Source: Planctomycetota bacterium (GTDB taxonomy: Bacteria; Planctomycetota; JAJSAM01; JAJVHW01). From it: a stretch of DNA of 64,000 nucleotides. A program made the position numbers and the translations under genes. Under the pieces are notes generated by a model. The model was not told the DNA's origin. It searched no databases and saw only the letters and a program-made list of their open reading frames with translations. The stretch spans positions 320,001 through 384,000 of the forward strand of contig CBDFJG010000001.1 in the NCBI GenBank assembly GCA_965248445.1, written 5' to 3'. The first letter of the stretch is position 1, and each line of letters starts with the position of its first letter. This document shows positions 8,099-17,197 of the stretch, one piece after another.

Positions 8099-10105
8099 CT
8101 ACTTGTACCTCAGCCTCGTGCCGACATCGTTGACGCTGCAGACCTGCACAGCATGTTCGGTCACTCCGTCGTACCTGACGGAGAAGTAGAACGGGGCCGA
8201 CCCGATCGGGAACGTCCCGAGGTCGATGTCGCGTGCGAACACGCGCAGCCGGCCCCTCGCGAAGTCGAACTCGACGAACCACACGTCTGGCGGCTTCGCC
8301 GCGCCCGGCGGGTCCGGGCGGACGATCCTCACGCGCATCGGGAGGTTCTGCGTGACGTTCGCGAGCTTGGGCACGATGACGTCGTACGTGTTCCCGGGCT
8401 CGCCCATGCGAAGGTGGATGGCTCCCGTGATGGAACTCAGTTCCGGCAGCGCGGCAATCAGACTCAGCGAGTCGTTGCCCGGGCCGGCGGGGATCTTGGC
8501 CGTGATCCTCTCGATCGCCAGTGCCGGGTCGACTCTCGGCTGCATGCCGGTGCGGAAGGACCCGCCGACCAGGATGACGTCGCTCGCCACGACGAAGGCG
8601 CCCCTGACCACACGGAAGTGGAGCAGGTCGCCCGGTCCCGACGGCGGGAGCGTGTCGGTCCAGTTGATCACGACGATCGAGACGCGCGCCTTGGACGAAG
8701 GAGCGCGCGGCGGCTTGACCGTCCTCCGGAAGTTGCCGGCGCGGACTGAGAAGCTGGTGCCGCGCCGGTTCGGCTTGAGGCCGTTGGGCAGGCTCTGGGT
8801 GAGCGTCCCGTACTCCACCGTCATCGGCTGTGTGAAGTCCACGGTCTTGTCGCCCAAGTCGAGGCAACCGCTGAGGCGCAGTTTCCCGCCGATCGTGCGG
8901 ACGGACCTCAGGGCGAGGAACCCGTTCGGCGGAACCGGCAACGGACCGAACACGTGTTCGTCCGCGCCGTCGTTGGGGTTCGTGCCGTCGACGTCCACCT
9001 CAGGGCCGTCGTCGACGCCGCCTGAGTCCGTGTCCGCCGTGTTCGGGTCGGTGGCACCGTGCCCGTGGCTGGCGCCCGCGCTGTCCTCGCCGTTCGACTC
9101 CTTGTCATCCCTTAGCGTGTCGGCGTCGGTGTCGGCGTCGTTCGGGTTCGTCGGGGCTCCGTCAAAGGCATTTCCGCTTCCGCTGGTTTCGGCACCGTCG
9201 TTGATGGTGTCACTGTCGGAATCCGCGTTGCTCGGGTCGGTCGGATCGCCCGGCCCGAACGGGTCGCTGACACCGCTGATCTCATCGTCGTCATCGATGT
9301 TGTCCGCGTCGGTGTCGGCGTTGTTGGGGTCGGTGACGAAACCGTCGGCACCTGCGACCACCTCTTCACCGTCGTTGATCGTGTCGTTGTCCGAGTCCGA
9401 GTCGGTCGGGTCGGTCTGAGCTCCGCCGAACGGGTTGAGCGCACCGCTGATCTCATCGTCGTCATCGATGTTGTCCGCGTCGGTGTCGGCGTTGTTGGGG
9501 TTCGTGATGAAGCCATCAGCCCCTGCAGCCACCTCTTCACCGTCGTTGATCGTGTCGTTGTCCGAGTCGGCGTCGTTCGGGTCGGTGGGCCCGAAACCCG
9601 TCAAGTTGCCTGCCGAGTCTTTACCCGCGATCTCGTTCGTGTCCGCGAGTCCGTCGCCGTCGCTGTCGGGCGCAGTGACGGTGAACACACAACTCCAAGC
9701 GTGCGCATTGACGGCGAAGTTTGTGAACAACTGCACGCAGTACGTCCCCGGGCCGACAGACACGTTCGTGTTGGACGACGTGCCGGTGGTATTGGGATTG
9801 AACGAGCTGCAGGCGTCAAAGCCCCACGTTCTGGTCTCGCCGGCGCCGCCCGTGATACTGAAACTGATGTTCGTGATCGTGTGATTGACGGGCACGACTA
9901 CGTTGTACGTGTCCTGATTCGTGGTCGGCGTTCCCGGTAGCGTCCCCCGCACCGTGTTCGTGCCCCCGGTCATGGTGATGTTCGTGACGAAGCCGTTCGG
10001 CAGGTCCCCGTCGACGGCCTCGTTGTAGTTGTCTGCGTTGGCAGTCGCCAACGGCACGAGCAGGAACAGACAGAGGGGCAGAATCCCCTTGATGAAGCTT
10101 CTCAT
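8099..10105 (-). CDS. exported protein with bacterial thrombospondin type 3 (Ca-binding) repeats
   Basis: Signal peptide MRSFIKGILPLCLFLLVPLATANA; repeats DSDGDGLADTNE, TDPNDADSDNDTINDGEEV, NPNNADTDADNIDDDDE. Confidence 0.82.
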   Translation of the reverse strand: MRSFIKGILPLCLFLLVPLATANADNYNEAVDGDLPNGFVTNITMTGGTNTVRGTLPGTPTTNQDTYNVVVPVNHTITNISFSITGGAGETRTWGFDACSSFNPNTTGTSSNTNVSVGPGTYCVQLFTNFAVNAHAWSCVFTVTAPDSDGDGLADTNEIAGKDSAGNLTGFGPTDPNDADSDNDTINDGEEVAAGADGFITNPNNADTDADNIDDDDEISGALNPFGGAQTDPTDSDSDNDTINDGEEVVAGADGFVTDPNNADTDADNIDDDDEISGVSDPFGPGDPTDPSNADSDSDTINDGAETSGSGNAFDGAPTNPNDADTDADTLRDDKESNGEDSAGASHGHGATDPNTADTDSGGVDDGPEVDVDGTNPNDGADEHVFGPLPVPPNGFLALRSVRTIGGKLRLSGCLDLGDKTVDFTQPMTVEYGTLTQSLPNGLKPNRRGTSFSVRAGNFRRTVKPPRAPSSKARVSIVVINWTDTLPPSGPGDLLHFRVVRGAFVVASDVILVGGSFRTGMQPRVDPALAIERITAKIPAGPGNDSLSLIAALPELSSITGAIHLRMGEPGNTYDVIVPKLANVTQNLPMRVRIVRPDPPGAAKPPDVWFVEFDFARGRLRVFARDIDLGTFPIGSAPFYFSVRYDGVTEHAVQVCSVNDVGTRLRYK
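9271..9568. repeat. intragenic tandem duplication, period 171 bp (57 aa)
   Basis: 'caccgctgatctcatcgtcgtcatcgatgttgtccgcgtcggtgtcggcgttgttgggg' starts at both 9271 and 9442 and continues nearly identically. Confidence 0.85.
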
Positions 10106-10367
10106 GACGCGACCTCCCATGGTGCTGCGTCGAACGGCGCACTTCCCTGAGCACTGACGGCCACCCACCACGAGCGGCGCGCTCCCCTTGCTGCGCCCCA
10201 CGCAGACCGTCAAGCCCGGCGACCCGCGTAGAGGCACGAGGATATCGAACTTGCGACCGGGTCGCAACGGGGTGAGCGACTCCGGTCACGGATCGCTGTC
10301 GCTCACCACGGCAGGTGGCGGAAGTCGCCAGATCCGACGCCGTGCAGGACGGCTCGCGCGGGACCTT

Positions 10368-11462
10368 CTACCGCCTCGACGGACCGTGCGGGTCCGTGAC
10401 CGGTACCTCGCCCTCCCAGTCGACGCCCTTCTTGCGGCCTTCGCGGATGTGCTCGCGGGCGTCCTTCGTGCCGGGGGCGTGCGCCTTCATCGCTGCCGCG
10501 AGCGCCTTCTCGAGGGAGTCGGCGTCGGTCTTCGCGGTCTGGGCGAGCACCTTGCCCTCGAGTCCGAACGCATCCGGTTGCACGATCACGAGCGCTGCGT
10601 CCGCAGCAACTTCCGCGATCTTCTCCAGGTCCTTGCGTTTCGTGGTCTCCGCCCAGACGAGGCGGCCGATGAAGTCGTCGGCCCACGCGAGCGGACGCAG
10701 TTGCTTCTCGAGTGCCTCACGCGCCGCGTCCGTCTTGGCGACGACGATGGCCGTCGGCAGCATGTCGCACGCGGCGACGTTCAGACCGAGGCGCACGTCC
10801 TCGACGTACGGCATGGTCCCGGGGCCCGTCTTCCCCTTCTGCTTCTTCGCGTACCGCGCCGCGATGTCCGTCAACGTCGCAACCATCTTGGTGACGTCCT
10901 CGCCGCCGGGGCTGTCCGGCCGTCCCCGCCGAGGACGACCGTCCCCGAGCGCCATCTGCGGTGAGCGTCCGGCGCGCGTGAGCTTGGTCTCGCCGTCGGG
11001 GGCGAGGATCGAGAAGACGGTGTTCTCGAGCTGGCCGCTACGTCCGGTGAAGACCGTCGCGAGGAACTCGGCTTCGTCCTTGTCCTCGTACGTCGAGAGA
11101 CGCGCGCACACGAACTCGCGCGAGACCGCGACCACCTCGGGCTGGGACAGGAAACTCCTGTCCATGTTCTGCTTGCCGGGTCACCAGATCCCCGAGATGC
11201 CGTGGCACTGGGGTGCCGCGGACAGCAGGAAGATCGGCTTGCCCGTCCGCTCCGCCTCGGCCTTCGCGCCGTCCCACGTCCCGAACCACTGCACCAGCGT
11301 TCGCTCGGCAGCGGCCTCGCCGCTTCCGGCAACGGGGCCTTCGGGGCGAGGCGGGCCGCCTCTTTCGCCTCCCGGCGGGCCGCCGCGGTCCTGCGCAGAC
11401 GCGACGGACGTCGCGGCGGCGAGGCACATCACCAGGATCAAGCTGCTCTTCATGCGGGACAT
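10368..11462 (-). CDS. exported thioredoxin-like protein with in-frame TGA (putative selenoprotein, U94)
   Basis: ORFs 11181..11597 and 10368..11165 are in one frame separated only by TGA 11181-11183: KPIFLLSAAPQCHGISGIW-U-PGKQNMDRSFLSQPEVVAVSREFVCARL; signal peptide; RBS GGAGGAG; ends in TAG. Confidence 0.82.
11145..11163 (-). promoter_or_regulatory. putative bacterial SECIS element
   Basis: mRNA GGACAGGA-GUU-UCCUGUCC: perfect 8-bp stem, loop G 26 nt 3' of the UGA. Confidence 0.72.
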
Positions 11463-11578
11463 GGACTCCTCCGAGGCCCGAAGTCTCCATGGCGGTCCTT
11501 GCGCAGTTCTTACGCACGATCGACCGGGCGGGAGGTCGCGACGGGCACCGCCCCCACCGGTCCTGCGATACTGCCGCC

Positions 11579-12763
11579 ATGCGCAACCTCCGGGCATTCG
11601 CGCCGGCCGCGCTGGCCGGCGCTCTCTTTGGTCTCCTCGGGACCGTCGTCATCGCAGCAGACGACGAGACGGGCGGTGCGCTGCGGGGAGACGTCGGTGA
11701 TCGGGACGGGGTCACCAAGGGAGCAGAGGTCGCGGCCGGACCGCTCGGGTGGAACCCCGACTTCGGCGAACACGTGGCGACCACCACGACCGACGAGCTC
11801 GGCAAGTTCTCGCTCGAAGGCGCTCCGCTCGGGCCGATCGACGTCTGGGTGCGGCCCAAGGACGGCAAGTGGAAGTTCTCGATCCGCATGATGCACCCAG
11901 GGGTGAACGACCTCGAGGTGAACGCGACGCCGGTGCGCGAGTACCCAGATGACTTCGGCGGATTCGGCGACGACAAGGGTGAACCGCGCACAGGCGTGGT
12001 GCTCGACAACAAAGGGAAGCCGCTGGCCGGCGCAGCGGTCGGCGCATCCGGAAGCGGCCTCGCGTGGACCGTCACCGATGCGGACGGGAAGTTCGCTTTC
12101 GAGAAGCTCGCGAACGGAGACCGGTTGCTCGTGCGCGCGCGCGGCTTCAAGGACAAGATCGTCGAGTTGAAGAAGAAGAAGAAGGTGAAGGTCAAGCTGG
12201 GCGTCCCCAAGCCGACCACGGTCCTCGTCGTCAACAAGGCCAAGGAGCCCGTCGCGGGCGCATGGGTCACGCTCGGGGACGAAGACCGCATGCTCGGCAC
12301 TGAGGGCTTCAGTCAGTTCCCGCCGGCAGACCGACTCGTCGGCGGCTGGACGAACGCGGCGGGCGAGGTGCAGATCCTCTGGCCGGGAAAGAACACCAAG
12401 TCCCTCGCCACGGCGTACGCGCACGGGTTCGCGCCCACGCGCGGCAAGTTCACTGCGGCGAAGCGCACGACGCTCACGCTCGAGCCGGCCAAGCCGGTGC
12501 GCGCGATCGCCGTCGTGAAGGAGTCTGGCTACACGCTCAACGACGTGTTCGTGGGCGCGCTCCACAAGAGCTCAGGCGGCGTCGACACCATCTCCGCCGT
12601 GCCGCAGGCCGATCAGCGCGGCCCGATCGTGCTCGGGCGCACCGATCAGAACGGCCAGTGCGTGATCCCCGCGCTGCCACTCGACTCGAAGATGCTCTGC
12701 GTCGTCGGCGAGCAGCGCCGCCACGCGAACGTCACTACGGAGCCGGTCGGAGCGGTCGAGTAG
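11579..12763 (+). CDS. exported carboxypeptidase-regulatory-like (prealbumin-fold) domain protein
   Basis: Signal peptide; repeated G.V.D..G.P..GA.V and TD..GKF motifs. Confidence 0.72.
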   Translation: MRNLRAFAPAALAGALFGLLGTVVIAADDETGGALRGDVGDRDGVTKGAEVAAGPLGWNPDFGEHVATTTTDELGKFSLEGAPLGPIDVWVRPKDGKWKFSIRMMHPGVNDLEVNATPVREYPDDFGGFGDDKGEPRTGVVLDNKGKPLAGAAVGASGSGLAWTVTDADGKFAFEKLANGDRLLVRARGFKDKIVELKKKKKVKVKLGVPKPTTVLVVNKAKEPVAGAWVTLGDEDRMLGTEGFSQFPPADRLVGGWTNAAGEVQILWPGKNTKSLATAYAHGFAPTRGKFTAAKRTTLTLEPAKPVRAIAVVKESGYTLNDVFVGALHKSSGGVDTISAVPQADQRGPIVLGRTDQNGQCVIPALPLDSKMLCVVGEQRRHANVTTEPVGAVE

Positions 12764-12964
12764 AGAAGCGGCTCACCGCGCGCTGCAGGCGATCCGACAT
12801 GAACTCGCGGTGAACAGAACTCGTCGCGACGTGCTCGCCCGTGTTCACGGTGTCGTAACTCGGCGTCTGCAAACTCCTCTTCCTCACGGCATTGCGGGGC
12901 ACGCGAGCGCATGGGGCGCGAGCGGAACCCGATCGGGCCGTGTGCAAGACGGATGGAGGCAGAC

Positions 12965-13705
12965 ATGCGCAAGATCAAGCGTATCGCGTTGGCTTTGCTG
13001 CTCGCCGGCGTTGTAGTGCCGTCGGGTACGGACGCGCTGGCGGGGAAGGAAGAGGTCGAACTCGCCGATGCGGCGGTGTTCATCGAGTGGAACTTCACGG
13101 ACACCGACTTCGGGATCCACTTCTTCTGGGACGGAGTGGGCTGGGAGAAGATGAAGGTCCGGGACGATCGGGGAAAGACCGTCCTGCAGGTGAAGACCTC
13201 CAAGAACGTGAAGGCGCAGAGCCTCACGGAGGCGATGTTCGAGAGCCGCGAGCCGCCGGCTTCCGAGCTCTCGATGGAGCAGTTCTTCGACCGCTTCCCA
13301 GAGGGCACGTACGCATTCAAGGGGAAGTCGTTCGACGGCAACAAGCTCGTAGGCGAAGCCGACTTCGCGCACACCTTGCCTGCGCCCACCACGATCACGT
13401 CGCCCACCGGCGGCAGCACGCAGTCCGCGGACGGTTTCACGTTCAGTTGGACCGAGGTGACGCAGGACATCGACGGCAACGACATCACGGTGGAGGGCTA
13501 CGTCGTCGTGATCGAATCGACGAGCGAGGACCCGGCAGTCGAACTCGAGCTGTTCGTCCCGTTCGGCACGAACTCACTCGACATCCCCGGTGAGTTCATC
13601 ACTCCGGACAACACCTACAAGGCCGAGGTGATCGTGATCGACGAGGAGAGCGGCAACCGGACGATTCGAGAGTCCGGGGAGTTCTCCACCGACTCCGGAT
13701 CGTAG
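12965..13705 (+). CDS. exported hypothetical protein
   Basis: RBS GGAGG; signal MRKIKRIALALLLAGVVVPSGTDALA; acidic beta-rich mature part (IEWNFTDTDFGIHFFWDG). Confidence 0.78.
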   Translation: MRKIKRIALALLLAGVVVPSGTDALAGKEEVELADAAVFIEWNFTDTDFGIHFFWDGVGWEKMKVRDDRGKTVLQVKTSKNVKAQSLTEAMFESREPPASELSMEQFFDRFPEGTYAFKGKSFDGNKLVGEADFAHTLPAPTTITSPTGGSTQSADGFTFSWTEVTQDIDGNDITVEGYVVVIESTSEDPAVELELFVPFGTNSLDIPGEFITPDNTYKAEVIVIDEESGNRTIRESGEFSTDSGS

Positions 13706-13727
13706 GGATCACGACCCGGATAGACGA

Positions 13728-13759
13728 CGCCCGGGAGGAGCCTGTGCTTCTCCCGGGCG
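13728..13759. terminator. hairpin between convergent genes
   Basis: CGCCCGGGAGGAGC-ctgt-GCTTCTCCCGGGCG. Confidence 0.6.
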
Positions 13760-13767
13760 CTCGCTGT

Positions 13768-14718
13768 CTAACGGCCGAGTTTGCGCCGCAGGTCGTTCGT
13801 CAGACGCACGGCGTCGTCGTAGTGATCGCCGATGCGCAGGCTGGATCGCGAGACGACCAGCGCGCGGTCGAGGGCGCCCTTGAGGTCCTTCTTCTTCGCC
13901 AGATCGCGCGCTTCCTGGAGCGCCTTCTCCTGGCGTTCGAGCCGTTCCTCGACTCGCCCCCAGTACGGCTTGAAGTGCTTCTTCACGCTGCTCTCGAGGA
14001 ACTTTGCGATGTCGCGCGAGCGCCGCATCGGCGGCGCACTCTCCACGACGTGTAGACCGGCGTCGACCACGACCATGCGCGGCCCGGTCGCGTCACCGAA
14101 GTGGCGCAGGAGGGCGGGATCGCTCTTGTCGATCTCGACGCGCACCAGCCGGTAAAGGCGCGCCCAGCGGGCGACGATCTCGTCGTCGATCGCGAGGCAC
14201 TGCTTCTCTTGCTTCTTGAGCACGGCGGCGGGGGTCGTCGGGGCGGCCTCGTCTCCGTAGTGCGACACGTGCAGGTGCACGAGCGTCGGACGCGTCTCCG
14301 CCTTGCGGATCCGCAGCAGCGACCGCACGCGGGACTCGATGTCGTCGGTACCGTCCGCGTCGGGCGGCTTCGTTCCCTCGTCGCCCCCGGTCACTGCCTT
14401 GGGCTGGGTCAGGTAGATGCTGCGCCAGCGCGTCTTGGTTCGATCGGTGTCACCGCCGGTCGTGGCGGGACTGCCGTATCCGCCGCCGGTCGTCGTAATG
14501 CCGCCGCCGGGCTTGTCGTCCCCGCCACCGGTCACGGGTCCCGCCGGCCGGCCGGGCTGTTCCTTCTCCGTCTCGGGACCGTTGGTGCCCGGAAGCGTCT
14601 CTCCAACTGGGGCCGTCACGACGACCGAGCCGTGACCGGGTCAGGTCGGCGGCAGGACCCCGAAGATCGACATCGCGGCGACGAGCACAGGCAGCGAAAA
14701 GGCGTGCAGCGTGAGCAT
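13768..14718 (-). CDS. exported protein with in-frame TGA at codon 26 (candidate selenoprotein), G/P/T-rich linker and degenerate thioredoxin-like domain
   Basis: RBS GGGGAGA, then ATG 14718: MLTLHAFSLPVLVAAMSIFGVLPPT-TGA(14641-14643)-PGHGSVVVTAPVG..., in frame with ORF 13768..14619; ends in TAG. Confidence 0.6.
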
Positions 14719-14819
14719 TGCTTCTCCCCCGGTAGCGGCGTCGGCTGCACTCGCGCGCGCAGCCATGCCGACGACGCCGATGATAGACGCGATCGGCGAG
14801 TCCGGCACGGGGCGGCCTC

Positions 14820-15446
14820 TCAGTCGGGCTTCCGGGCCAGTACGAGCGTGTGGCCCACGTCGCCCTCGGGCACGAACCGGGTCCACTCGACGCGGAACCC
14901 AGCCTCCTCGATCCAGCGGACGTTCGTCGCTTCGTCGGCGTGGCTCCACGCCATCAACCCCTCTTCGACGTCGAGGTACTGCTCGTCTGTACCGGTCCAC
15001 TCCTCGTGACCGACGATCGCCAGGAAGACGCCGCCCGGCCGCAGCCAGCGCGCGACGTCGCGATAGAGCGGCGCGTGCGCCGCGAGTGGCATGTGGATGA
15101 TCGCGTAGAACGACACGACCGCGTCGAATGCCGCCGCAGGCAGGTCGAGCCCCACGACGTCGGCGCAGACAAGCCGTGCATCCGGCACCAACTTGCGCGC
15201 GCGTTCGATCTGCACACTCGAGAAGTCGACGCCGGTGACGTCGTATCGCCGCGCCAAGAGCCTGGTCGCCGGCAGCCCGCAGCCGCACCCGAGATCGAGG
15301 ACTGGCGACCCCTCCGGAACGCGCTCTGCGAGCATGTCGATCCACTCGGCGTACTGCTCGTAGTCGTCGGGAGTCTCATCGGACCGGTACACGAACGAGA
15401 GCCGGTCGTAGCCGCGACGGACGATCTCACTCTGGTTCTTGATCAC
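14820..15446 (-). CDS. class I SAM-dependent methyltransferase
   Basis: VLDLGCGCG, VTGVDFS, FDAVVSFYAIIH, LRPGG; GTG start overlaps the upstream TGA. Confidence 0.9.
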   Translation of the reverse strand: MIKNQSEIVRRGYDRLSFVYRSDETPDDYEQYAEWIDMLAERVPEGSPVLDLGCGCGLPATRLLARRYDVTGVDFSSVQIERARKLVPDARLVCADVVGLDLPAAAFDAVVSFYAIIHMPLAAHAPLYRDVARWLRPGGVFLAIVGHEEWTGTDEQYLDVEEGLMAWSHADEATNVRWIEEAGFRVEWTRFVPEGDVGHTLVLARKPD

Positions 15447-15850
15447 GGCGGCGGAATCTTCCAGGTCTCGTGCACGTGCCGCCACAGGAAGCCGCCCGGA
15501 GCAGCATCGTCGCGCGTAAGCAGGACCGTGGAGATGCGCGCGGTCGTGTACTCGGCGTGGTCATGCCACTCCTCGTAGGTGGCAACCACCGCGTCGCCCT
15601 CGTTCCAGGCGACGCCCGGGTTTTCGATTCGAATGCGAATCGAGCGAGCGCCGTGACCCTCGCGAATGTTCGAGAGCTTCTGCGACCGCGAGACAAGGTC
15701 ACCCCGCGGCGAGATGAAGGTGAAGCCCGCTCCGATCGAGGCTTCGATGCGTCCGAGGTCGTCCGACTCGCCGCGAAGCCAGCGCTCGAACTCGACGTGG
15801 AGCGCCGCGATCTCGGCGGCTACAGCAGACGACAGGTCCGGGTCGGTCAT
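15443..15850 (-). CDS. DUF4440/SnoaL-like protein
   Basis: EIAALH.EFERW, FTFISPRG, ATYEEW, W.HVHETW. Confidence 0.78.
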   Translation of the reverse strand: MTDPDLSSAVAAEIAALHVEFERWLRGESDDLGRIEASIGAGFTFISPRGDLVSRSQKLSNIREGHGARSIRIRIENPGVAWNEGDAVVATYEEWHDHAEYTTARISTVLLTRDDAAPGGFLWRHVHETWKIPPP

Positions 15851-15896
15851 GATGCAACGTTAGCGACGCCCTGCCGGCGAAGCGAGACCGCGGCTC

Positions 15897-17114
15897 CTAC
15901 CTCACCAGTTCGCGCGTTTCGTCGCTGGAGACGAACGTGGTCTCAACGTGACGGCCATTCGCACGGAACGTCTGTTTGGGCAAGATGTGCAAGCGCCAAT
16001 CGATCCGCAGGGACGCGGTCGGAGCGGACGAGTCGCTGATCTTCGAGCTCGTCTCGATGATGAGAGTCGAGAACGTCGCGTCGGCGTGCAACTGGATTCC
16101 CGTGCCCTCTTCGGTCACTGGCTGGCCGCGAATCACCACCGTCCCACCGGAGCAATGCACGCGGGCGGACTCGAGGACATGCCGTCCGCGCCACTTGGAC
16201 TGGTTGACGTTGATCATCCCGTCCCGCATGTCCACACGCCCGCTGAGCACGAAGGCGCCGCCGCGCGACGAGTTCCGGAGCTCGCCGCCGAGGATGGTCA
16301 GCACCGAGCCCGAGCGCCAGATGTCGTCGTCGATTTGCACGACGCCGTCGTGGATCGTGATCTCGGCTTCGCCGAAGTCGGCGTCGCCCCCGGCGATGAA
16401 CTTCCCCGAGTAGACCGTCAGCGTGCTGCCCGGCAGCCACGAGCGTTCACCGCGATCGGTGCCGTTTCCGTTGAAGAACCGGCAATGGAACTCGCCGCCC
16501 TGGATGACCAGATCACCTGCGATCTGGAATCCGTACGCCGCGCGCGTGTCCCACTTGGACCCTGCCTCGATGATGAGCGTCGCGTCCGGACGCACGTACA
16601 GGCCGGCCTCACCGGGCTTCGCGTTCTTGCGCGAGTGTGTGCCGAACGCGCCTCGCAGCCGCTTGATCCCGCGCGTCATGTCGATGCGCGTTGCGATGAG
16701 CTTCCCTTCGAGCGACTGGTCGTCACCGTCGGGCACCAGGATCGTGTCACCGGCCAGCAACGTCCCCCGAACCACGACATCGCCGCTGACGTGGACACGT
16801 CCCGCCGGCAGCGTGCGCGTCTCGCCCGCCGCAACGGTCAACTCAGGCAAGACAAGCGTCGTAGTCGGTGCGGGCGGGGATGGCGTCTCTCGCCCGGGCA
16901 GCTCCTCGGCTCGGTCGTTGGCGCGACGTCGGCGCGTCTCCCGCCGACGGGAAGAGTCCTCTGTACGCGAGTGCGTGGCGGGCTCCCGAAGTGCGTCGGC
17001 CGGGTCAGCCGATCCGGCGGGATCTGTCGCACCCGATCGGAGCGCCATCGCGCCGACCGCGGCCGCCAGGACGACCGCGGCGATCAGGCTTGTTCCGATC
17101 CAGACTCCACGCAT
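15897..17114 (-). CDS. membrane-anchored hypothetical beta-solenoid-like protein
   Basis: N-terminal hydrophobic helix, P-rich linker, repeated L.I.GG/SG strands. Confidence 0.62.
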   Translation of the reverse strand: MRGVWIGTSLIAAVVLAAAVGAMALRSGATDPAGSADPADALREPATHSRTEDSSRRRETRRRRANDRAEELPGRETPSPPAPTTTLVLPELTVAAGETRTLPAGRVHVSGDVVVRGTLLAGDTILVPDGDDQSLEGKLIATRIDMTRGIKRLRGAFGTHSRKNAKPGEAGLYVRPDATLIIEAGSKWDTRAAYGFQIAGDLVIQGGEFHCRFFNGNGTDRGERSWLPGSTLTVYSGKFIAGGDADFGEAEITIHDGVVQIDDDIWRSGSVLTILGGELRNSSRGGAFVLSGRVDMRDGMINVNQSKWRGRHVLESARVHCSGGTVVIRGQPVTEEGTGIQLHADATFSTLIIETSSKISDSSAPTASLRIDWRLHILPKQTFRANGRHVETTFVSSDETRELVR

Positions 17115-17197
17115 CGTGTCCCTCGCAGCGTTCGATGCTACTCGTTGGGGAGAAACCACCGCGCCATGCGCAGGCACGATCATCTAGCGTTGACGTG

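Noticed and set aside
9000..9670. Regularly spaced repeats as a possible CRISPR array
   Set aside because: Repeats are in-frame codons of TSP3 units inside a CDS; no unique spacers and no cas genes
10106..10250. Riboswitch in the long leader of the TSP3 gene
   Set aside because: Only a GCGGGTCGCC-like fragment; the GCAAA/GAAA features of c-di-GMP-I were not found; would need an Rfam scan
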